The notes beneath the pieces were generated by a model, which was given only the letters and a program-made list of their open reading frames with translations, was not told the origin of the DNA and did no database searches. Below, piece by piece: positions 1 to 12,304 of a stretch of DNA of 64,000 bases. This DNA comes from Macrostomum lignano. Taxonomy: Eukaryota. The stretch covers positions 558,001-622,000 of the forward strand of contig NIVC01000391.1 of the NCBI GenBank assembly GCA_002269645.1, given 5' to 3'. The position numbers and the translations under genes were made by a program. Each line of letters begins with the position of its first letter. The first letter of the stretch is position 1.

Positions 1-37
1 TTGATTGATTGATTGATTGATTAATAGATTGAGTAAC

Positions 38-91
<54 letters not shown>

Positions 92-101
92 ATAGATTGA
101 C

Positions 102-139
<38 letters not shown>

Positions 140-149
140 ATAGATTAAC

Positions 150-186
<37 letters not shown>

Positions 187-201
187 AATAGATTGAGTAA
201 C

Positions 202-255
<54 letters not shown>

Positions 256-265
256 ATAGATTGAC

Positions 266-311
<46 letters not shown>

Positions 312-329
312 ATAGATTGACTGATTGAC

Positions 330-424
<95 letters not shown>

Positions 425-425
425 C

Positions 426-486
<61 letters not shown>

Positions 487-560
487 AATAGATTGAGTAA
501 TTGATTGATTGATTGGTTGATTAATCGATTAATTTATTGAATTGATTGATTAATTGATTG
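1..560. repeat. (GATT)n microsatellite
   Basis: Direct reading; interrupted by aatagatt variants. Confidence 0.97.
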
Positions 561-1129
561 ATTGATTTATTAATTGATGGAATGTGATTGAATAATTGAT
601 TAATAAATTGATTTCTTGATTGCTAAATTAATTCAATATACAATAAATGAGATACTTGCGTAAATTGATGAATAATAAACCATTCGAACAATTTTAGGTT
701 CACAAATATTTGAACTAAAAAAACAAAATTTCGAAAAACTACAAAATATGAAAGATAAACCGCTCAATGTGCTCCATGTGTATTATACAGACTTCATAGG
801 CATAAATAAATATAGACTCGTAGTAGACGGAAAAAGTGGTAGCGTGCCAGCAATAACGGTGAGCTGCATATGCGGTGAAGCAAAGTCTGCATACAGACTG
901 GCACTGATATGCAGCTGAGTGCAGAGAGTGCATCGATATAGCTCGTAGCTAACTAGCGATTGCTTTGAGCAGTGACTGCTCAAAAATAAAAAGAAATATA
1001 CGGAACCCAGATAGCAGGAGCTCGAGAAAAAATTAATATTTGCTTAAGCTTTAGTGAACACTCCAGTGTCAGATCAGCAGTCCCATACACAGTGTGACAT
1101 GTCAGAATGAATAAGCCGATGCGTATGAG

Positions 1130-1650
1130 ACAGAGAGTGAGTGAGTCATATAGTCGTAGAAGTGATCATAAAGTTGAGTTGTAAAAAGAGTCATACAGTG
1201 GAGTCATACAGTGGAGTCATCTAATGGGACATATAGTGGGTCATAGAGTTGGTCATAGAGTGGGCCTTAGAGTGGAGTCATAGAGTGGGTCATAGAGAGG
1301 AGTCATACATGTACAGAGGGTCATAGAGTGGGTCATAGAGAGGAGTCATACACATACAGTGGGTCATAGAGTGGGTCATAGAGAGGGTTACAGAGTGGGT
1401 CATACAGTGTAGTCATACATTGAAGTCACAGAGTGGGTGATAAAGTGGGTCATAAAGTGGAGTCATAGAGTGGAGTCATCTAATGGGTCATAGAGTGGGT
1501 CATAGAGTGGGCCATAGAGTGGAGTCATAGAATGGGTCATAGAGAGGAGTCATACATGTAGAGTGGGTCGTAGAGTAGGTCATAGAGACGGTTACAGAGT
1601 GGGTCATACAGTGGAGTCCCAGAGTGGGTAATAAAGTGAGGTCAGAGTTA
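1130..1650. repeat. Degenerate 12-13-bp minisatellite (catagagtgggt) 3' of NCKX
   Basis: Repeated agagtgg(a)gtcat units. Confidence 0.85.
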
Positions 1651-1676
1651 CAAATGAAGAGCAAATGTACTTTAAA

Positions 1677-4600
1677 TCAATGCCGACTCCTCGGACAGGC
1701 CGGCGGGTTCATCTTGGCGAAGACGTTCGTCTCGAACAGGATTGACACAGTGATGAAGACGCAGTAGAGCAGCAGGCAGACCAGGCCCAGCCTCCGGTCC
1801 AGCCTCATCTTGTTAAAGTAAACGGACAGGAACAGGAACAGCACTGTGGACAGAAGCGTCACAGCCGAGTAGGTGAGCCCGGCCGAGTTGATCTTCACGT
1901 AGCTGCCGGGGCTCTTCAAGCCGGTGCTGACCAGCCAGGGCAGGCCGAGCCCCATCAGGATGTCGAACACGTTGCTGCCCACGCTGTTCGAGACGGCCAT
2001 GTCGCCGAAGCCTGCGGCAGCGGGGAGGGCGTTGCCGATCGATCCTTGGCATTCAGCCATGGCTGTCTATGCTCACCGCCCCTCTGCTCACCGCGTGCTC
2101 ACCGCCTCTGCTCACCGCCTCTGCTCACTGCCTCTGTTCACCGCCTCTGTTCACCGCCTCTGCTCACCGCCTCTGCTCACTGCCTCTGCTCACCGCCTCT
2201 GTTCACCGCCTCTGCTCACCGCCTCTGTTCACCGCCTCTGCTCACCGCCTCTGCTCACTGCCTCTGTTCACCGCCTCTGTTCACCGCCTCTGCTCACCGC
2301 CTCTGCTCACCGCCTCTGCTCACTGCCATTTGCTCACCGCCTCTGCTCACTGCCTCTGCTCACCGCCTCTGCTCACTGCCATTTGCTCACCGCCTCTGCT
2401 CACTGCCTCTGCTCACTGCCTCTGCTCACTGCCCTTTGCTCACCGCCTCTGCTCACCGCCTCTGCTCACTGCCTCTGCTCACTGCCCTTTGCTCACCGCC
2501 TCTGCTCACCGCCTCTGCTCACCGCCTCTGCTCACCGCCTCTGCTCACCGCCTCTGCTCACCGCCTCTGCTCACCGCCTCTGCTCACTGCCCTTTGCTCA
2601 CCGCCTCTGCTCACTGCCCTTTGCTCAACGCCTCTGCTCACTGCCCTTTGCTCACCGCCTCTGCTCACTGCCCTTTGCTCACCGCCTCTGCTTACTGCCC
2701 TTTGCTCACCGCCTCTGCTCACCGCCTCTGCTCACTGCCCTTTGCTCACCGCCTCTGCTCACCGCCTCTGCTCACCGCCTCTGCTCACTGCCCTTTGCTC
2801 ACCGCCTCTGCTCACCGCCTCTGCTCACTGCCCTTTGCTCACCGCCTCTGCTCACCGCCTCTGCTCACCGCCTCTGCTCACTGCCTCTGCTCACCGCCTC
2901 TGCTCACCGCCTCTGCTCACCGCCTCTAAATACAAGCTGAAAAGCAATAAAAGCCGAAAAACTCACCATCCCTGGCTACAAAGATGCTGGACAGAGCGTC
3001 CGGCACGGAGGTGCCAGCAGCCAGCAGCGTCAGCCCCATTACCGTGTCGGGAATGCCCAGCGTGTCGCCTAATTGTTGTAAAAAAAGCGGAGAAGAAATA
3101 ACCATGTCCGAATTCAACTACTGCAAGTAGAAATGACGATTTTTAAAGCAAAATAGTTTCAATTTTCATACCAACAGCGCAGACCATCCACACAAGCAGG
3201 TAGCTCATCCCCGCTATCCACAGGATGCTGTTCAGCAGGGTGATGAAGAAGATTTTGCGCCACCTACCGCCGGGCCGACGGCAGTCCGGGATGCTGAGCG
3301 CGAACACCAGGTGCCACGGCAGCATCAGCGCCCAGTAGATCCGCTTGCCGCGCGACTTCGGCATGGAGAGCGGCGACTCGTACGGCTCAGCTGGGGTGGC
3401 GGATTTAAGTTAGGGAAATTAATCACCTGTTCCCCTCCTCACCGGTTCCCCTCCTGACCTGTTCCTCTTCTCACCTGTTCCCCTTCTCACCTGTTCCCCT
3501 TCTCACCTGTTCCCCTCCTCACCTGTTCCCCTCCTCACCTGTTCCCCTCCTCACCTGTTCCCCTCCTCACCTGTTCCCCTTCTCACCTGTTCCCCTCGTC
3601 ACCTGTTCCCCTTCTCACCTGTTCCCCTCCTCACCTGTTCCCCTTCTCACCTGTTCCCCTCCTCACCTGTTCCCCTCCTCACCTGTTCCCCTCTTCACCT
3701 GTTCCCCTCCTCAATTTTTCACCTGTTCCCCTCCTCACCTGTTCCCCTCCTCACCTGTTCCCCTCCTCAATTTTTCACCTGTTCCCCTCCTCAATTTTTC
3801 ACCTGTTCCCCTCCTCAATTTTTCACCTGTTCCCCTCCTCTCCTGTTACCCTCCTCACCTGTTCCCCTTCTCACCTGTTCCCCTCCTCACCTGTTCCCCT
3901 CCTCACCTGTTCCCCTCCTCACCTGTTCCCTCCTCACCTGTTCCCCTCCTCACCTGTTCCCCTCCTCACCTGTTCCCCTCCTCACCTGTTCCCCTCTCAC
4001 CTGTTCCCCTCCTCACCTGTTCCCCTCCTCACCTGTTCCCCTCCTCACCTGTTCCCCTCCTCACCTGTTCCCCTCCTCACCTGTTCCCCTCCTCACCTGT
4101 TCCCCTCCTCACCTGTTCCCCTCCTCACCTGTTCCCCTCCTCACCTGTTCCCCTCCTCACCTGTTCCCCTCCTCACCTGTTCCCCTCCTCACCTGTTCCC
4201 CTCCTCACCTGTTCCCCTCCTCACCTGTTCCCCTCCTCACCTGTTCCCCTCCTCATTTGTTCCCCTCCTCTCCTGTTCCCCTCCTCACCTGTTCCCCTCC
4301 TCACCTGTTCCCCTTCTCACCTGTTCCCCCTGCCCCTAGTCCATCAGTTCCTGCCAGAAGGTGACTCACCCTGGACCTCAACAGTCTGAGGCGATTCGTC
4401 CGTCTCGCCCAGGTCGGACGCGGACCTCTGCAGCTGTAGCTCTGCGTCGAACATCATCTGATTGACCGCCAGCCTGCGGCCGCTCTCCGAGAGGTCGTCA
4501 GCGGCGTCCAGGGCTGGGTTATGGAATTCTGCGTGCGGGCCAGGGATTGCCAGTTTATTGGCAACTGACTGAGTGGCTCTTCGAAGGATTATCGGTGATT

Positions 4601-5576
4601 AGAGATTGGATGCGGTTGAAGAGAACGGAGCATTGAGGGGATGCAAAATTTAGCGATATGCAATCTTGGAAGGACGCACATGGGCATACAAGCGCTCGTT
4701 GTGGTTCTAGGAAGATGTGGTATTCTGGGAAGATGTGGTATTCTGGGAAGATGTGGTATTCTGGGAAGATGTGGGATTGAAAGATGTGGAACTCTACGAA
4801 GATGAAGGATTCTGGGAATATTTGGGACTCTGGGAAGATGTGGGATTCTAGGAAGATGTGAGATTTGGAAGATGTGGAATTCTACGAAGATTTGGGATTC
4901 TAGGAAGATGGGGAATTTGTGGAGAGTTGGGATTTGTGGGATTTGTGGAAGATGTAGGATTCTAGGAAGATGTGGGATTTGTGGAGAGTTGGGATTTGTG
5001 GGATTTGTGGAAGATGTGGGATTTGGGAGGATGTGGAATTCGAGATGATGCTAACTTGGTTTAGTTTCACGGCTCACCCATGGGCACTCCGGTCTCCCTG
5101 ACCGTCGCGCCCGCCGCCGCCGCCGCCTCCGCATCAGCCTGGGCCAATCGCTGGCTCCCACCGGTGGCCAGGGCGGGGAATCTGGCGGCAATCGAGCTGT
5201 CAATCCTCTCATTCAAGTACATGATGGCGATGTAGCCGCAGTACATCACGAGAAAGATCAGAGCTTCGTACCTGAGGCAGCGGGTATTGTTCAAATTAAA
5301 AAACTAACTAGACAGCACTACTAACAGTAGGTCGCCTAGGATATTGTCCAGGACAAATAGCGATAATAATCCAGTGTCAGGTGGTCTCGTACATTCTTTC
5401 TGGAACGTGAGGCTGCTTACCAGTGAACCTCCTCGTTGTAAATCACCAGAATGAGGCTAATCACACTGAGGCTGTAATAGGAGCAGTCTCTGAACATCGG
5501 CCACCAGGACAGGTAGATGGCCTGGGATTGGTTATGCCATGACTTGGGGTCAGCTTTGATGCTTGAGTTGATATCT

Positions 5577-5610
<34 letters not shown>

Positions 5611-5622
5611 GGACAGACACTA

Positions 5623-5661
<39 letters not shown>

Positions 5662-8555
5662 AAGACAGCAGACAGACAGACAGGCAGACACAGGCGGTCA
5701 CCTGAGTGGCGCACAGGCCACACAAGCCGATGATGAACAGCAGGTTGAAGACGGCGCTGCCAACGATGGTGCTGACGCCGACGTCGCTATCGGCAAAGAA
5801 GACGCCGATGACGGATGTGAACAACTCCGGGGCGGAGCTGCCAGCAGCCATGAAGGTGGCGCCGGCTACGTCCGGTTTGAGTTTGAGCACTGCAAATATG
5901 CAATAGAAAATGGGAATCAATGCTCTATTGAGCTACTGACTGTCTCTCTGAAAAAATCGGTACTGAATTCTTTCTCGTGCTGGCGCCCCTGGTGCTGGCG
6001 CCACTGGTGCTGGCGCCCCTGGTGCTGGCGCCCCTGCGGCTGGCGTTCCTTGTGCTGCAGTCCCTACAGATAAGCTTCTCAATAAAAAATGATGGCTGGG
6101 CAGTGGTCAGCATGGCGGACCTTCGAGACTTTCGGGACCTTTATTTTTCAGAACCGGGCTTTCATAGAGGCGCAATGAACAACTGTGAGACCCGGTGGGA
6201 ATTCACTTTTAGTATAGAGAAGAGTAGCGCAAAATGTACTCAGAGAGGATGTGTCAGCTGTTGCGACAGTGCGGATCGGCACTGCCCCCCCCTCTCTGCC
6301 ACACTGAGGCGCTTGAGATGCGATCGATGGAGAGCGGAGGCTGTATGGGGATCAGTAAACACTGCGCCTCAGCGGGTAGACGGGAAGGGAGAAATTGGAG
6401 CCAAAACGATCGTTAAAACTGCCGAAGGGATGAAGAAAAGCCAGAACAAGCCAAGGATATTGTCAGATGAAGCCTGCAGATACTCAGTAGCTGGCGCTGA
6501 GTTTTCTAGCAAGTAGGTGAATTGGTTTCAACTGGCCTGGCCCCGACACTGCTCAGGGCTCTGGGGCAGGCACTAAAGAGCAGGGAGAGGGAGACATGGA
6601 GAAGGAGACAGTGAGAGGGAGACAGTGAAAAGGAGAAATGGAGAGGGAGTCGGAGAAATGGAGAGGGATACAGTGAGAGGGAGACAAGGAGAGAGAGACA
6701 GGGAGAGAGGAGTACAGGGAGATGGAGACAGAGAGAGGGAGACAGGGAGAGGGAGACAGGGAGAGGAGTACAGGGAGAGGGAGACAGAGAGAGGGAGACA
6801 GGGAGAGGGAGACAGGGAGAGGGAGACAGGGAGAGGGAGACAGGGAGAGGAGTACAGAGAGAGGGAGACAGGGAGAGGAATACAGGGAGAGGGAGACAGG
6901 GAGAGGGAGACAGGGAGAGGGAGACAGAGAGAGGAGTACAGGGAGAGGGAGACAGAGAGAGGGAGACAGGGAGAGGAATACAGGGAGAGGGAGACAGGGA
7001 GAGGGAGACAGGAGAGGGAGACAGAGAGAGGGAGACAGGAGAGGGAGACAGAGAGAGGGAGACAGGGAGAGGGAGACAGAGAGAGGAGTACAGGGAGAGG
7101 GAGACAGAGAGAGGGAGACAGGGAGAGGAATACAGGGAGAGGGAGACAGAGAGAGGGAGACAGGGAGAGGAATACAGGGAGAGGGAGACAGGGAGAGGGA
7201 GACAGGAGAGGGAGACAGAGAGAGGGAGACAGGAGAGGGAGACAGAGAGAGGGAGACAGGGAGAGGGAGACAGAGAGAGGAGTACAGGGAGAGGGAGACA
7301 GAGAGAGGGAGACAGGGAGAGGAATACAGGGAGAGGGAGACAGGGAGAGGGAGACAGGAGAGGGAGACAGAGAGAGGGAGACAGGAGAGGGAGACAGAGA
7401 GAGGGAGACAGGAGAGGGAGACAGAGAGAGGGAGACAGGAGAGGGAGACAGAGAGAGGGAGACAGGAGAGGGAGACAGAGAGAGGGAGACAGGAGAGGGA
7501 GACAGGAGAGGGAGACAGAGAGAGGGAGACAGGAGAGGGAGACAGGAGAGGGAGACAGGAGAGGGAGACAGAGAGAGGGAGACAGGAGAGGGAGACAGAG
7601 AGAGGGAGACAGGAGAGGGAGACAGAGAGAGGGAGACAGGGAGAGGGAGACAGGAGAGGGAGACAGAGAGAGGGAGACAGGAGAGGGAGACAGGGAGAGG
7701 GAGACAGGAGAGGGAGACAGAGAGAGGGAGACAGGGAGAGGGAGACAGGGAGAGGAAGACAGCGAAGGGATGACATGGAGAGGGAGAGCAGAGGAGAGAG
7801 ATGAAGAGCACAGCCAGGCACCAGAAGTGCACCGGGCTCACCATCGCAGAGCACCTCCAGCGACGCCACAAAGTACTCGTCGCAGACGACGGCCAGAGCG
7901 GCAAACAGCCAGACGGCCACGCAGACGTGCAGCAGGATGGCGCCCCTCTGCTTGGCTGGCGTGCTGATGAGGTCCGGCGGGAAGGTCTCGATGGAGCGCG
8001 GCGTGCACGCGTTGGCCGGCGCTAAAGGCAGCGCGCTGCTCAGGTGGCGCAGGCCCATGGAGGCGCCCGCTTCCACTGCTGGGTGTGGGTGAGATTGCAG
8101 TTTGAGGTGTGACTGAGTGTTGAAGGTGTGACTGAGTGTTGAAGGTGTGACTGAGTGTTGAAGGTGTGACTGAGTGTTGAAGGTGTGACTGAGTGTTGAA
8201 GGTGTGACTGAGTGTTGAAGGTGTGACTGAGTGTTGAAGGTGTGACTGAGTGTTGAAGGCGTGACTGAGCTCTGAAGGCGTGACTGAGCTCTGAAGGCGT
8301 GACTGAGTTCTGAGGGCGTGAGTTCTGACATTTTAGAGTTTTCAGTTTAGGCCGGTGAAGTGACTGAGTGTCGAGTTGTAGTCAAAACAACTCAGGCAAT
8401 GCATCGAACTCACTGCCATCGCCCAGCTGCAGACCGGCTCCGGGCCGAGCCCCAAACGCCCAGGCCGCCGCGAGCAGCAGCAGCAGGCCGGTCAGCAGAC
8501 TCGCTGGCAGCCGCTGCTGTCGCCGAAGCCGGCGCCGACAATGCGCCTCCTCCAT
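1677..8555 (-). CDS. K+-dependent Na+/Ca2+ exchanger (NCKX, SLC24 family), 9 exons, about 558 aa
   Basis: Exons: 8555-8414, 8078-7842, 5889-5702, 5521-5421, 5271-5078, 4528-4370, 3390-3172, 3068-2967, 2011-1677. All GT-AG, phase-consistent, 1677 nt including TGA. N-terminal hydrophobic leader ([15 protein letters not shown]), alpha-1 repeat [15 protein letters not shown], alpha-2 repeat [13 protein letters not shown] (Asp typical of K+-dependent members) and [17 protein letters not shown]. The exon 2 acceptor is a CAGCAG tandem (8081-8076). Confidence 0.95.
2065..2927. repeat. 13-bp minisatellite (gcctctgctcacc), NCKX intron 8
   Basis: Direct reading; source of spurious ORFs 1924-3101. Confidence 0.95.
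3425..4332. repeat. 16-bp minisatellite (ctcacctgttcccctc), NCKX intron 6
   Basis: About 55 copies; reads AACAG|GTGAGG on the sense strand. Confidence 0.95.
4715..5040. repeat. Degenerate ~19-bp minisatellite (gggattctaggaagatgt), NCKX intron 5
   Basis: Direct reading. Confidence 0.8.
5578..5692. repeat. (CAGA)n microsatellite, NCKX intron 3
   Basis: Direct reading; contains a gacactaagac interruption. Confidence 0.95.
6590..7765. repeat. GA-rich compound minisatellite (gagagggagacag), NCKX intron 2
   Basis: Direct reading; a polypyrimidine tract on the sense strand. Confidence 0.95.
8100..8330. repeat. 19-bp minisatellite (gtgtgactgagtgttgaag), NCKX intron 1
   Basis: Direct reading. Confidence 0.9.
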
Positions 8556-9294
8556 GGACTTTGGGCTGGGCTTTGTTTACCAGAAAGTGGAGAATTGGGA
8601 ATGGGAAGGCGAGAGAAGAACGAGAGGGGGAGAGTTTTTGTATGCGCCGGCGGGTCTGGGGATCCGGGAGGAGGCAAGGGCGGTAAAGCTGGGAAGGCGC
8701 GGAGGCGGGCAGGGGGCAGGAAGGAAAGGAGAACCGGAGCGGGGAGGAGTGTACACTGGGGGGCTGTACACTCGCCAGGCCCTGTACAGGGGGTAGGGGG
8801 CGAGGAAGCAGGCGTGAAGCGGCTACCAGGGGCTGTGGGCTGTAGCGCTGAGCGGAGAGAATGTCTTACATGTAGGTGGCGGATACCGTAAGTTATAAAT
8901 GATTTTTCAGCCCCGCGCAGACCTAAACAGTGAAATCAATGCTCGCTAATTTGATGCAGCTCGAGTAGAATGTGCTGAGCAGGGGAAACCGGATCTAACC
9001 GGATCTACTTTAGGGTGGTTATTATTGTCTGGGAAATGCTCTGAGGTGTGCAATGCAGCAGATAAACCAACTGTACATGAAAGCCTACACGGACATCCAG
9101 TCCGACCGTTGCTTGAAAATAACCGATACACAAAGAAATGCATCATGTGCAGGTGTAAATGTGTGTACATGTAGTGTACAGACGGATTCTAACTAATTTA
9201 CACTCACAAGCGTATATTTAATTTAACACGTTAAAAACTTTGTTAACAACACAATTATCGGGTCTTTGTATTTAGGCCAGAAAGACCAGAAAGG

Positions 9295-9775
9295 CCAGCA
9301 GCCAGCCCGCACCAGCCAGCACTAGCCAGCCAGCACCAGCCAGCCAACACCAGCCAGCCAGCACCAGCCAGCATCAGCCAGCACCAGCCAGCCAGCACCC
9401 GCCAGCACCAGCCAGCACCAGCCAGCCCGCATCAGCCAGCACCAGCCCGCACCAGCCAGCACCAGCCAGCACCAGCCAGCACCAGCCAGCCCGCATCAGC
9501 CAGCACCAGCCCGCACCAGCCAGCCAACACCAGCCAGCCAGCACCAGCCAGCCCGCACCAGCCAGCCAGCACCAGCCAGCCCGCACCAGCCAGCATCAGC
9601 CAGAACCAGCCAGCCAACACCAGCCAGCACCAGCCAGCCAGCACCAGCCAGCCCGCACCAGCCAGCATCAGCCAGAACCAGCCAGCCAGCACCAGCCAGC
9701 ATCAGCCAGAACCAGCCAGCCAGCACCAGCTAGCCAGCACCAGCCAGCCAACACCAGCCAGCCAGCACCAGCCAT
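9295..9775. repeat. ccagccagca-type repeat directly after the TTC19 stop
   Basis: Direct reading. Confidence 0.92.
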
Positions 9776-9781
9776 CCCCAG

Positions 9782-12251
9782 CTAGCCAGCGGCGCTGCCA
9801 GTCTCCAGCAGCCGCTCCACGAAGGCCATGCAGTAGTGCGCCCTGTCCAGCAGATCCTCCTCTCCAGCCGGCAGCTTCTTCGCCAGCTCCATCGCCCGCT
9901 GGCAGGCGCGAGCTGCCTGACCGTCCCGGCCTCGGCGCGCCTCAGCCTCTCCTAGGTTGCAGAGAGCGGCGCACATCAGCTGTCGTTGCGAAGCCTCCGC
10001 CCAGCCAGCACTCAGCTGCTCAATCATCCGCAGGGCCGCCTCCAGACTCTCCACAGCTTCATCAATCCGGTTGAGCCGGCACAGCAGAGCGCCAATGTCG
10101 TTGAGCAGACAGGCCACGTTTTCGTGACCGCCCGGGTAGGTCTGCCTGGCCAGGGCCAATGAAGAGCGCAGGAGGTCCAGGGCTCGAGTCCCAGATTTGC
10201 CGCCTGCTGGAGGGGAGAAGTGCAGTAACGCCTTGGCCAGGTTGGACTGCGCCAGACCGAGCAGGGCGCGCCTGCGGGCGACGAGCGATGGACGTGAGCT
10301 CCCTGCCTGCTTCCCTGCATCTCTGAGCTCCCTGCATCTGAGCTCCCTGCATGCCTCCCTGCATCTCTGAGCTCCCTGCATGCCTCCCTGCATCTCTGAG
10401 CTCCCTGCATGCCTCCCTGCATTTTGAGCTACCTGCCGGCATCCCTACATCTCTGAGCACCCTGCATGCTTCTCTGCATCTCTGAGCTCCCTGCATGCCT
10501 CCCTGCATCTCTGAGCACCCTGCATGCCTCCCTGCATGCCTATCTGCATCTCTGAGCACCCTGCATGCTTCTCTGCATCTCTGAGCACCCTGCATGCCTC
10601 CCTGCATCTCTGAGCTCCCTGCATGCCTCCCTGCATCTCTGAGCTCCCTGCATGCCTCCCTGCATCTCTGAGCTCCCTGCATGCCTCCCTGCATGCCTCC
10701 TTGCATCTCTGAGCTCCCTGCATGCCTCCCTGCATGCCTCCTTGCATCTCGGAGCTCCACCCTCTACTCACCGCTCCCTGAGCTTTGCCTGCAGCCTCTG
10801 CAGGTTCCCAGCCTCAGCTGCATCGCGCACAGCCTGCGGCCCCAGCTCGGCCAGCAGCTCAGCCAGCCGCAGGCTATCCGCCTCTTCAGCCTCAAACTCG
10901 GCCAAACCGGCCGAGGCGCCGTCCACGGCGAATTCCAGACCGGCCAAACCGGCCTCGACGCGTCCGTTGCTTAGCAACAGGTTGCCAAGGCGAACGGAGG
11001 TCTCCACGACAGCGGGGTCGCGAACTGTGAGTCCGGCCAGCAGGAGGTCCTGCAGGTTGAGTTGGCAAAAACAGGTCAGGTGACGTTCAGGGCCTGACCA
11101 GAATACAAGGCTGAACTTAGAGCTAGCCGCAGGAGCCTAGTTCTTGATTGAGTACCACTGGTTGAGAAGTCATTGAAGGTTCTGATGAGAAATTAACGAA
11201 ATTACTCTGTATTGTCTTCCAGAACATTACTTCAGGACCTGATTTTTTAGAAACGTCAGGCAGAATTCAGGACCTGATTTTTAAAGACTTCAGGCAGCTT
11301 TCAGAACCTGATTTTAGAAAAGGTCAGACAGACTTCAGGACCTGATTTTTGAAAGTTTCAGTCAGCCTGAGGAAGATCCTCAGCTCAGGATTCGCACCTG
11401 CAGTTCGGCCCGCAGGAGTTTCTCGGCGGCGGACCGCCTGCCCGCTGCGATGCAGTCGGCCGCGGCCGCCGAGTGCGCGCTGGCGCTCAGGCGGTGCAGC
11501 TCGGCGTCCGACAGGCCGTCGCGGGTTCGAGCCTCGGCCAGGGCATCGCGGACCGGCGCCAGGACGGCGTCGATGTCGACTTCAGCGGCGTCACTTTGAA
11601 GAGGCGGCAACAGCAGACGGCGACGCGCTTCGGCGAGCAACGGGGCGAGACGGCGACGGGTCCGGCGGCTGGAGTCCGACTCCAACGACGGGGCGGCGGC
11701 GGTGGCGGGTGGGCCATCGGAGGTGGAGCCGGCCGCGGCGGCGAAGGCGGTGGGGCGAAACGCGACATTTGGCCGACGTTGAAGCAGTCGCTGGTGCTGC
11801 TGTTGCTGATTGTTGTTTGGGAGCCTGGAGAAGACAGATTGAGATACTTGACTGCGATTTCTGGTACCTAGATGGCGATTTCTGGTGCCTGGATGGCGAT
11901 TTCTGGTGCCTAGATAGTGATCTATGGTGCCTAGATGGCGATCTATGGTGCCTAGATGGCGATCTATGGTGCCTAGATGGCGATCTATGGTGCCTAGATG
12001 GCGATTTCTGGTGCCTAGATAGCGATTTCTGGTGCCTAGATAGCGATTTCTGGTGCCTAGATGCCGATTTCTGGTGCCTAGATGGCGATTTTTGATGACT
12101 ACTGAAGAAGACACTTGAGCAGAAATTCCAGCTAAGCTTTCATGCACAGAGGGGCTCACTGCTGAAGCTGGATCCGGTCCCAGCCAAGGCACGTCGCAGC
12201 GGCCGAAGCCGCCACAGCAGCCGAAATCAGCGAATGACAGCAGCGGTGCAT
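9782..12251 (-). CDS. TTC19: Tetratricopeptide repeat protein 19 (mitochondrial TTC19-like), 4 exons, about 428 aa
   Basis: Exons: 12251-12160, 11824-11398, 11049-10772, 10271-9782 (1287 nt, phases 2/0/2). AEKLLRAELQDLLLAGLTVRDPAVVETSVRLGNL...AGLEFAV and ALARQTYPGGHENVACLLNDIGALL align by eye with remembered TTC19 segments (AEQLFKATMSYLLGGGMKQEDNAIIEISLKLA...AGYEFCI; GERHPQTIVLMSDLA). The N-terminus resembles a transit peptide. Confidence 0.85.
10300..10757. repeat. ~29-bp minisatellite (gcatctctgagctccctgcatgcctccct), TTC19 intron 3
   Basis: Direct reading. Confidence 0.92.
11866..12090. repeat. 21-bp minisatellite (tggtgcctagatggcgatttc), TTC19 intron 1
   Basis: Direct reading. Confidence 0.92.
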
Positions 12252-12267
12252 CAGCCGGTTTTGTTGG

Positions 12268-12292
12268 CTGAAAAAGCAAATAAATAAACAAG
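12268..12292 (-). other. Unpaired 3' splice acceptor 16 nt before the TTC19 ATG (trans-splice or 5'UTR intron site)
   Basis: ttgtttatttatttgctttttcag then ccaacaaaaccggctgATG. The sequence upstream is pure tandem repeat. Confidence 0.6.
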
Positions 12293-12304
12293 TGAGAAAT
12301 ATTG

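Noticed and set aside
8888-8910. 23-nt gtaagt...tttttcag mini-intron on the plus strand
   Set aside because: Too short for typical animal splicing and no plus-strand gene supports it; probably chance.
10062-10760. Apparent frameshift in TTC19 using the acceptor at 10303
   Set aside because: The acceptor at 10272 (cgcag|G CGC GCC) matches the phase-2 donor at 10772 and restores the TPR frame.
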